From assembly GCF_018350175.1 (NCBI RefSeq), contig NC_058368.1, forward strand, positions 226,674,001-226,734,000: a stretch of 60,000 bases of DNA, written 5' to 3'. Made by a program: the position numbers and the translations under genes. Below the pieces are notes generated by a model. That model saw only the letters and a program-made list of their open reading frames with translations. It was not told where the DNA came from and made no database searches. This DNA is from Felis catus. Lineage: Eukaryota. Shown in pieces: positions 50,656 through 60,000 of this stretch. Position 1 is the stretch's first letter. Each line of letters begins with the position of its first letter.

Positions 50656-51383
50656 AATAAGGTTCTGATGAGGCCACCTGTCTCGCAAGTGGCAGTGTCT
50701 ATCCAGATTCTAACTCAGGTTGTTTGGCTCCAAAGCTGTTGGACCAGTACCTTGCTTTTCTGGCTCCCCCACTAGACCCTCTGAGTCAGTTTGCAGAGGA
50801 CACGTGAATGTTTTATTCATCACTGTATGTCATGGGCAAGCCAAGATAGGTATTGACACATGGAAGGAAATCAATAAATATCTGCTAGCTAAATGAATTA
50901 ATAAAGGAAAGAACAACTTGGGTGGACAAACGCCCAAGTGGATCAGTCCCTGAAAACTTGTCCGATGGGTAGGAATGACCAAGGAGAAAGGAAAGGCCAG
51001 ACTAACTGTCCTGGCCTGGAGACAGTTACTCACTGGTAACTCACATCAACCAGAAAGTTACGGTAGGTGAAGGATTGTGGCCTGCAACCACCCAAGCCTG
51101 AAGGCAGAGTCTTTCTAGAGTGTTCCATTGCACTCATCTCCTTAGCCAACTAGTCACCAAGTCCTATTCATTCTACCTTCTTTTCATCCCTGAAACCCAC
51201 ACCAGCCTCTTCAATCATTATACCACTGCATTAATTCAGATATTTATCTGCTCACATTTATCTATTCTTCCTATCTCCCACCACATACTACATTAGGATC
51301 TTGATGCGGCTCAGTGAAAAGCACCGCTTCTTCCCACCCAGGTTCAAAACAAATTGAGGAAATAATTTTAAAAAGGAGTGGCG

Positions 51384-51566
51384 GGGGCACCTGGGTGCCC
51401 CAGTTGGTTGACAGTCCAACTCTTGATTTTGACTCAGGTCATGATCCCAAGGTCCTGGGATCAAGCCCCTTGTCAGACTCCATGCTCAGCTTAAGGTTCT
51501 CTCTCTTTCCCCCTCTCCTGCTTTCTCTCGCTCTCTCTAAAATTCAAAAAAAAAAATTTTTTTTTT
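51384..51566 (+). mobile_element. Carnivore SINE (older subfamily)
   Basis: TSD aaggagtggc. Confidence 0.88.
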
Positions 51567-52484
51567 AAGGAGTGGCAGATAGAAAAATGACACCTTTGTT
51601 TCTGAAAACTCTAGTTCAGAAGTTGTGGTTTTAGGTCTACAGCTAAGTGGCTAGCAATGAACCCAAGGGCTGGCAGGCATGAGACCAAAGCTAGTCAGTC
51701 TACTCATGGAATTCTATTCAAAGAGCTTCTGCCAGAGAAGGTGCTCGCCAAGGGCATTTCCCTCTCAAGAGGAAAACAGAAAGGAGCTCAGATGTTGACT
51801 GCATTTCTCCCAAATTTACCAACAGGTAAATTCTCCAGGCCTGGAGTTATATTAATGACACTCTGTCCACATGGAAGTAAACACAAGGAGCGGAGAAGAG
51901 TCATCCACAGGCTTCTCCAGTGATCTCTGTAAATCTGTCCACGGCGGACGTCACTGAACCTCTGCCACTGGCTCCCTCCTGCCGTCCGCCTTCGTCATCT
52001 TTCACAGGGACGCAAACCTGCCTACCTTTCCGGGTGTGATGTTCCACTTGGATCACTCTCTTCTCCCCTGTAGCTCACCCAACGGTTCCTGCCTCTTTGC
52101 CTGACCTTCCGTGGTTCCGCTAACCTCCTCCTTCTCAGCCATACCGGGCAAGCCCTTATTCAACTTTGTAGACTCAATTCGAGGTCATCTCAGATAAGAA
52201 GTCCCTATGGACATCCCCAGCTAAGGGTCATCACAGCCAGGCTTGTGCCCTCCACCACGCGCTTTAGTGCCCCCCTACATGGCTCCTCTTATACTTTGTT
52301 ATATCCCATTCACTAGACTGGAGACCCTAGGGTGAAGATCAGCTTCTCACGTTTTTGAATCTCCCAACGCCTACCACAGATTCTGGTATGGGGATATCTA
52401 CAAGTATTTATGAATTCGAGAGATGAGGGCAGCTGAATTCAAAGTAGGACATAAAACTTCCATAGAAATAAAACACCGCTGGCA

Positions 52485-52716
52485 GGGAGGCACCTGTGTG
52501 GCTCAGGAGGTCAAGCGTTTGACTCTTAACTTCAGCTCAAGTCATGATCTTACAGTTAGTGCGTGCGAGCCCCACGTCAGGCTCTGTACTGATGGTGCGG
52601 AGCCTGCGTGGGATTCTCTCTGTCCCTCTTCCTCTCTGCCCCTCCCCCTGCTCACTCGCTCTCTCACTCTCTCGCTCTCTCATACAAAAATAAATAAATA
52701 AACTTAGAAAAAAAAA
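52485..52716 (+). mobile_element. Carnivore SINE
   Basis: Head, body and tail. Confidence 0.9.
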
Positions 52717-52818
52717 ATTCCATAGTGGTTCAGAGGGAAGAAAGAGGAACGCCAGTCAGGAATGCCTGACGTGTTTCCTCAAAGCAAGGGGTTAAGCATC
52801 ATAAACAAAGATGTATCT

Positions 52819-53035
52819 GGGGTACTTCGGCGGCCCAGTCAGTTAAGTGTCGGACTTAGGCTCATGGTTCGTGGGTTCGAGGCCTGCGTCAGGCTCTGGG
52901 CTGACAGCTCAGAGCCTGGGGCCTGCTTCGGATTCTGTGTCTCTCCCCCCCCTCCCCCCCGCCACCTCTGCCCCTCCCCAGCTCATGCTCTGTCTGTCTC
53001 TTTTAAAAATAATAAACGTTAAAAAAAATTTTTTT
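52819..53035 (+). mobile_element. Carnivore SINE
   Basis: 17-bp TSD aaacaaagatgtatctg. Confidence 0.92.
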
Positions 53036-54254
53036 AAGAAACAAAGATGTATCTGAGGGAAAGAAATCAAAGAAAATGTCATTGGTAGGTAAGCACAGGA
53101 GAAGAAAGGTCCAAGACAAAAAGGACCAGTGTGACAAAAGACACAAATCTCGGAAAATAAAAGATACGCTTGGGGCACTCTGAGGTTTCCGGTTCGGCTG
53201 GGGTACAAAGTGCATACAGAAGGGCAGCTTGAGAGAAAGCTGGGAAGGCAATCTGCCTACAGCATACATAGGGCCTTGGGTACCAAATAAAATAAATTTT
53301 GACTTAATTTACAGACAATGGGAGTCAAAGAACATTTTCCAGAAGCGGAGCTGCTTAATTATGCCAAGGAAATTATATAAAATCTGAATCCTTGTAGTAG
53401 CAATAATAACAAACTAATAATTTGCTTTTCAATTACTTCCAAATTTCTCAGGATCATAGTGACGCTGCGCTTATAATAGTTTGATAATCTCCATGGAACA
53501 TTATTTGAGCATAATAAAATGACTAATAAACTATTTAGGATGATCCTGAGACTCCATATTAATTTGTAGTCATTTTTCATTTTGCCGACGACTATTTCAA
53601 CCCACTGCTGCATGTTTCATCTGTTTAATGAACGTGTACTTGCCACCGGTCTATCATGTAATAAGCCTTGCCAATTTCCCAATTCTCTTAATAGCCAGTT
53701 AACACGAAATGCTGATTTCAGGCAAAAACAACTATGACCATCTGTTTCTACTTCCTTTTTCTTCTTCACTGTTCTACTACCAACCGTGGTGAGCTGCAGC
53801 GATCACTCTTCAAAGAACAGTGGACAATCGGCAAAATCAGACCACGTAGGAATTATTGAGACGTCGGATTTCAGTGCCAGAGCTGAACAAATGGATCAGA
53901 CAGATGAAGGGTCTCTAGATCCATCTGCAGTCAATTCCGAGTTATAGCAGCAGAACGACTCTGAACAAATTCCAATATGGCTCTTCAAAATCAGCCCCAA
54001 CAGCAGCAGACAGGTATTACGAGCTCACTTTTGCTCTTTATTGGTCAAGTCACTTTAGGGTAGGAGGCTTGCTTTCCTAATCTATACAGTGACAGGATGA
54101 GACTATGTCCCCAAGCAGAAAACCAGTCCATGTCTCTTACCTCTCAGCTGAAGACTCCCTTTAAGGACAGCCAGGATTCCCAGGAAGAAGATAATTTTCC
54201 CAGCAGTGCCAGCCTGCCCTTGACCACCAAGAGTAGCACCTTATTCTAACTTCT

Positions 54255-54600
54255 CTGTTGTCTTATGTTTCCCCAGTAAACAGTTTCTGTGCAGATTTTA
54301 GGTGCAGTTTGTTGGGAATTAGGCTTGGGATCACACTTACAAGAGGCAAGGGAGAAGGCAGACTGGACAGGGACAGAAGGACTCCGCAACACAAGACTCA
54401 GCCAATTCCATGGGGAACGTGGACCCAAGAGGGCCCTTCTGAATTGTCCCAAATGGTATTCCGCCTCAACTAGTCATGTGATGGGGGCCGCTCCTGGCCT
54501 TGGGTGACAATAATTTCTGGAGAGGCACTGGGCTGTGAGTTATCAGTACCAAGACCCTGTGCAGCTGAGGGTCTGAGAGGGTCGGTCCTGCAGAGGCCAC
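54255..54600 (-). mobile_element. Old ERVL LTR (LTR33/LTR16-like)
   Basis: gaaggcagactggacagggacagaagg...ctcagccaattccatgggg...gggcccttctgaattgtccc. Confidence 0.45.
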
Positions 54601-55500
54601 AGGGTAGAGAGGTGGAGCGGACATGACATTCACCTTGAATCTTAAGTAAGAAGAAAAGGGTGTGAAGCATGGTGACGAACAAAGACACAGATTAAAAAGA
54701 AACTAAGAGAATCCATGTTAGTATCCTAAAGCCTTGCTCTCTGCATGACCTTGGCAAAGTTGTGTCATTTCTTTGTGCCTCAATCTCTTTGTAAGGTGAT
54801 CTATGGTCACTTTCACTACTAAAATTTCCATGACTGTATTTCATTTTTGGTCAACATCCAAAGGTTTTCTGTTAACTACCTTAAGACTTACAAATATGGC
54901 TAAGGAAAGAAGAACCCACCCATATCAAAAATCTCCAGTAGCATCTGGAATTCATCTTCAATGACGGTGAAGAGATAATCAGTAGTAGCAGCAAATTCAA
55001 ATCTGCACACCATGGTGGACACACAGCAATCCCAAGATGAAATCAGATTTGCAGGCAACAGCCTGGGGATTTCGACATTAGACTGACTACAATTACTCAG
55101 TTAGCTGTATCTTTATTACCCACGCTCCCCCTTGTGAGGCAATTTTCCTTACTGGAGGTAAAGCAACCCCAAGAAAAGCATTTAAAACTGATCCTTTTCC
55201 TGTTTTTATTAGCCCGTATCAAAGAAATGACTATTTGAAGCACAACCAAGAGGAGGGAATTGGCTTTTTATTGCTTAGTTCACGTTCTTATGGCTTTAGG
55301 AGGAGAGAAAGACTCCCCAAGGAGACACTGTGTCTCAAAACAAGCTCATAGGATAATCAACAGGAGAGGTCTCTCAAGAGAGCTGGAAAATAGAGAAAAT
55401 TATTAAAACATAATTAAATAAGCAGAGGGGATACAAAATGAAATGTCAAGAGTAAGATGCTCAGGACAGAAATGTCAGGTCTTGAAATTTACTTTCATAC

Positions 55501-55570
55501 GAGTATATGCAATGCACACTGTCCAAATGGGGTGACGTAAATCCTTCCAACCAATGGAGTAGCCATTGAT
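55501..55570 (-). CDS. Candidate 70-nt internal exon, frame unresolved
   Basis: Acceptor ttttgtctttttaaaaaaaatttttcaag|ATC and donor CTC|gtatga; no stop in any frame. Confidence 0.42.
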
Positions 55571-55923
55571 CTTGAAAAATTTTTTTTAAAAAGACAAAAA
55601 TGAGCATGTCAATGTTGCCTATGATTCCGAATGCACATTCTGCCACTTCAAAGCAAATGTCAACCAGGCTCAGTGTCATGCAATGTAAAATTCCCACCAA
55701 TGAGATATTACATCCATTCATGTGAGCAGAACACACATTCGGGTAAACAAACGAAACCATACAGCTTCAAGTGGATTTCAGGTCATAGAACTATTTCAAG
55801 TCCTTGTTCATACAGTACGGTACCTCTATCCTAAGCTCCATCTCAAAAAGCTCCTGTGTTGGGCTATTTGTTTTTTCTTTCGCCCAATTCCTATGGTATC
55901 CTTTTGTTTGAAGCTATTCCTCT

Positions 55924-56028
55924 ACCATACCGTATTATTAGAGAAACAAATGCCATTTTAATTTTAGTTGTATTTCTTAAATTCCTCATAGGATATGTAT
56001 TTCTCTCCACCCACAGGGGGGAAAAAAA
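55924..56028 (+). repeat. Copy B of a ~100-bp dispersed direct repeat
   Basis: Collinear match to 49121-49219. Confidence 0.85.
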
Positions 56029-56547
56029 TAGGTGTGAAGAATAATAGATTTCACTTAATTTATAGAAAAGGGTTATTTAAGTATGGTTTCAAGTACACGA
56101 ACACATCCATATACCACACACACAGCTCAATAATGGTTTTTTTTCCCTCAATCACTTCTGATTTTAGTAATGTGGGAAGCCAGAGGCATAAGATCTAGAA
56201 GCCATTCCAATCATGCCAGACACACATAATAACTTTTATATTTTGCATAAGAATAAAGATAAAAATGGAGACCCAAGGCGCTTAGCATGAAGTAGAGCAA
56301 TATACAAATTTAAAAAGATTTAGAACCCTATGAACGTTTAATCCAGAGAACACAGGGCCAAAGGAATCGTTTATTAATTTAAAGACCACATTTTATAAAT
56401 GTGTTCTAGGTTAATGATTTGCTTAAATTGTCGCATAAAACCAACTTCCAAGTCCGTTTAGGCAAATATGACCCAACAATATACTTTTCAATAAAATATA
56501 CACAGCAGTGTCCCACTCAATACTAATCACGAAAACAGTTGAAATAC

Positions 56548-56593
56548 TGTAAGGCAGTGAAGTCAAAGTCTTCAACAATTGCCTTCAGCAATC
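56548..56593 (-). other. Possible 46-nt exon (GLLKAIVEDFDFTALQ)
   Basis: Good acceptor tgtctgttttttag|GAT; weak donor ACA|gtattt, so the 3' boundary is uncertain. Confidence 0.25.
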
Positions 56594-57371
56594 CTAAAAA
56601 ACAGACATTTCATTGTTCCTTAAATACACAAGTTACACTATTTCATCCATAAGAAGATGGCACTGCCTGATAAAAAATGAGGGTCCAAGTTAGAATATCC
56701 TCGGAAGAAGACACGTGTCCAGAAAAATATGTTTTTAGAGTTAAAATGTCTGAGTCCCAGAAACACTCATGAAACTACTACAGCGTTTTCATGAGCCTTT
56801 CTTAGATCCAACAAAGACCATGGCCACAGATTCATGTTCATTTCATCATTTAACAACAAAAACGTGTACTTCAGGCCTACTCTATGAGCAGGGTTGCAGT
56901 CACATCTGGGGGAACACATGTAGGATGAATAATGAATGAATACAAAGGACCAAGAAATAGAAAAACAAATGAGACTAAGCTAGAAGACAGTGCCTGGAGA
57001 GTAAAGCAATTAAAGACTAAATGAACAACGCGAATTTCTATCACAATGATAGAACCTCAGTGACTTCATACCAACTCATCCTAAAAGACCTGCCCCAGGC
57101 CCTCACCACTTCCAAAGGCCTCTGGGAAAGGTGGTCATTCAACAGCAAAGGACAGAGAAGATGGAAGAGGACCAGGATTCCTGTCACGCTCAGAGTCCCC
57201 AGTTTTAGAGGTGATTCTCTGATCTCCCTGGCAGTGACATAACTTTCTCTAAAGCATCCGGAGCAGACGTTGTCAGGGAGGGAAACACCCCTCCAGGCCC
57301 CACCTGAGTTTTGCCAACTAGCAAGGGCACTCCAAACAATAATGTCATCTTGCTGTGAACATGTTTTGTTT

Positions 57372-57575
57372 CTTATGTTTATTATTTTTGAGAGGGAGAG
57401 CGCGCACATGCATGAGAGCAAGAGCTGGGGAGGGGCAGGGAGAAGGGGACAGAGGATCCAAAGCGGGCTCCGCAGGGACAGCAGAGAGCCCCATGCAGGG
57501 CCTGAACTCACAAACCATGAGATCATGACCTGAGCCGAAACTGGATGCTTAAGTGGCTGAACTACCAAGCCCCCC
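57372..57575 (-). mobile_element. Carnivore SINE
   Basis: Reverse-complement body. Confidence 0.88.
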
Positions 57576-57787
57576 TCCCTTGTCACCAATATTTCCAACA
57601 ATTTACTCCGCATTCTCATTCTGATCATCTTATCACCATGAGGCTGCTCCCGCACACCCATGGCTGGGTATGACCACTCGGAAGGCAGACTTCTCTGCGT
57701 CTAGCAGAGCTGAAAAGCGATTGAAGGATGGATGCTTGCAGATCCCCATTTCTATCCTGGGGTGAGAGCAATTTAAAATACCGTCAA

Positions 57788-57998
57788 AGGCACCCGGGGG
57801 CTCGGCTGGTGACGCATCTGACTTTGGCTCAGGTCATGATCTCAAGGTTCCTGAGTTTGAGACCGGCACGGGGTGATCTCAGGCCCCGCTTCAGGCGAGC
57901 TCTGCTTCTCTCTCTCTCCCCTCTCTCAACCCCTCACTCACTTGCACCCTCTCTCTCTAAAAATAAATAAATAAACAGATAGATTAATAAATAAATAA
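57788..57998 (+). mobile_element. Carnivore SINE
   Basis: Degenerate head, (AAAT)n tail. Confidence 0.85.
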
Positions 57999-58069
57999 AA
58001 TACTGCCAAGAATTCCTGGTGATAACCCTCTAGCAGGATTATATTCTTGTTTTCCTGTAGCACCGAAGG

Positions 58070-58275
58070 GGGAGTGATGGTATCGTGGAAAGTGTAGTAT
58101 ATTTAGAATCAAAATGACCTCACCTAATCTTCAGCGTAAAATCAAGGCAAGTCACTTACTCTGTCGAGGCCTCAGTTTCCTCACCTATAAACTGGGGATA
58201 ATGACGGACGCCCCTTCCACGGTCCCTGTGGCGATGAATAAGATTAATGTCTGAAACGCTTTATAGTTTCCAAAG
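58070..58275 (+). mobile_element. MIR
   Basis: ggcaagtcacttactctgtcgaggcctcagtttcctcacctataaactggggataat. Confidence 0.75.
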
Positions 58276-58734
58276 CAATTTCAGAGACATACTTATGGAG
58301 AAGTCTCCCAGGAGCTGGCAAAGGAGAAGGCCAAATTCCCCAGTACATATTGGAATAATTCTCCGTATTAACAGCTGTTTCAAATCCACGGTTCTGCAAC
58401 CAGAGGGAAATAGAAGGTAGAACCCATCGACTGTTGAGGGAGGAAAGAAAACGTGTGCACCTCTCTCAGTCCTCCGCTAGCTTTTGTTTGGGAGCAGGTC
58501 CCCAGGCTACCCAGAACAAAGGCCAGCGACAAGTACATAATGCTGTGGAGAATCCAGAGGATGGCATTTCAGGCAGACGGTACAGAATATGCTAATTATT
58601 TCACGTGCTGATGCCATTATAGACGCTCGTTAGCCCGCCAGTTTGTCGGCAGGTTGTTGCCTAATGAACAGGTAATCTATCCCTGGGAGACCCAGGTCAA
58701 ATGAGTTGAGAGTTTCCTTCAAAACACATCCTTC

Positions 58735-59049
58735 GGGGCGCCTGGGTGGCTCCGTCCGTCAAGCGTCTGACTTTGGCTCAGGTCATGATTTCACAGTTCG
58801 TGGGTTCGAGCCCCGTGTCGGGCTCTGTGCTGACAGCTCAGAGCCTGGAGCCTGCTTCAGGCTGACTCTTGATTTTGGCTCAGGTCAGTGGCCCCAGGAT
58901 TGTGGGATCGAGCACCCGCCTCAGGCTCTGTGTTGGGCATGGAACCTGCTTAATATTCTCTCTCTCCCTCACACTCTGTCACTCTCTCTGCCCCTCCCCT
59001 GCTTGTGCCCTCTCTCAAAAAAATTAAAGAAAATTAGAAGAAAAAAAAA
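58735..59049 (+). mobile_element. Composite SINE (Fc-type head fused to an older SINE body)
   Basis: Two successive ggctcaggtca...B-box segments and a single tail. Confidence 0.85.
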
Positions 59050-59289
59050 GTTTTCCATGTTGGATCTCCTAATCCATAAAACTGTCACCATTTTTTTTTG
59101 TTTAAGGGCTACTTCTCAGCCACTGCACTTCTTTGAAATACACAAACAAAACAAAGATTGGGAAAAGTTTTGGCTGCACACCTACAATGACAGGCAGGAG
59201 GGGGTCATGGGCACAGCAGAAATGGCCACAGACTCCGGCGCCACCAGGGACTGCCGTTGTCACGGACCGCTCAGCAGCTGTGCGCCCTG

Positions 59290-59450
59290 GGTAGGGATGA
59301 GCCTCTCGGCTTCCCTGTTGGCACCTGTAAAATGGAGTCATCAGTGCCCCCTGAGCGGCTGCCATGAACTACAAGAAAAGCGTGTGTAGAGTGCACAGAG
59401 GGGGAAGGCGGCACCTAGTAAGTGCTCAATAAATGTGAATTACTGTTACT
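59290..59450 (+). mobile_element. MIR
   Basis: cacctgtaaaatggag...tagtaagtgctcaataaatgt. Confidence 0.7.
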
Positions 59451-59523
59451 AAACTGACAGCAAATAGAATAAACTTGGAAATACTAGTATTTATTAATAA
59501 TCATTTTGATCTGTGAGCTCAGA

Positions 59524-59722
59524 TTTTTTTATTATTTTTGAGAGAGAGAGAGGGAGAGAGAGAGTGTGTGTGAGTGGGGAAGGGGCAAAGGAGACAGAAT
59601 CCGAAGCAGGCTCCAGGCCCTGAGCTGTCAGCCCACAGCCCACAAGGGGCTTGAACCCACGAACCACGAGATCATGACCTGAGCCGAAGCCGGGCACTCA
59701 AACAACTAAGCCACCCAGGGGC
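59524..59722 (-). mobile_element. Carnivore SINE
   Basis: Reverse-complement body. Confidence 0.9.
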
Positions 59723-60000
59723 CGCGCGGGCTGAGATGTTTTTAAGAAAGCAAGAGTTGAGCGCAACATTGATCCTGTTCTTTACATTAGGAGACAACCA
59801 TTGCCCTCATTCCCATTCTCTCTGAATTTGTTCTTTTCCCCCCTCCTTGAACTTGTGTTCCTTCTTCCAGGGCACTCGAGGTCTCCTACCTGCTGCTCCT
59901 TCTGGGCTCTGACCTCCATCTGACAGTTAGAACCCGTCAGGCCTGGCCTTGTGACTTGGGCTTAACCCAGATGCTACCATGATCTGACCCGAGTACTTCA

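Larger units (their letters stand above)
1480..56593 (-). other. Putative 3' portion of an unidentified minus-strand multi-exon gene (coding status unresolved)
   Basis: Several short segments bounded by minus-strand AG acceptors and GT donors, a terminal exon with AATAAA/ATTAAA, an A-rich plus strand and SINEs mostly antisense to this strand. Confidence 0.5.

Noticed and set aside
54930..55070. Minus-strand open stretch ...FEFAATTDYLFTVIEDEFQMLLEIFDMG with a gtgggt donor
   Set aside because: No convincing acceptor; insufficient support
55896..55904. U12-type donor GTATCCTTT on the plus strand
   Set aside because: A single 9-mer is expected by chance; it is opposite the inferred gene and has no supporting exon
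3620..59722. tRNA-like A/B boxes
   Set aside because: These are SINE heads followed by (CT)n and poly-A, not tRNA genes
1..60000. ORFs of 60-227 aa in the supplied track
   Set aside because: Nearly all overlap SINEs (GAWVAQSVKRPT..., ...ERGRHRIGNRLQA...), microsatellites or other repeats; many use non-ATG starts; no recognisable domains

Overview
Mammalian, felid-type genomic DNA, identified by about 41 carnivore tRNA-derived SINEs, many matching the young cat SINEC_Fc form. The window is mostly intron-like and repeat-rich: SINEs, L1 3' ends, L2, MIR, MLT/ERVL LTRs, hAT-type MER elements and microsatellites. No long ORF is present; the supplied ORF track is almost all chance or repeat-derived, except one L1 ORF2 remnant. 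Splice-site patterns, a terminal exon with poly(A) signals near 1.5 kb and a 29:12 SINE orientation bias suggest the 3' part of a minus-strand multi-exon gene with small exons near 56.6, 55.5, 16.8, 7.3 and 1.6 kb. I cannot identify the gene, fix its frame or prove it is coding. The most notable structures are a 124-bp, 93.5%-identical non-SINE inverted repeat at 49.4-50.0 kb, a SINE that captured a neighbouring SINE's head and flank, a foldback duplication in an MLT2 LTR, a ~100-bp direct duplicate 6.8 kb apart, and a GC-shifted L1 3' end with a G31 run. Repeat family names come from recalled consensus patterns, not a database search; old-repeat boundaries are approximate.
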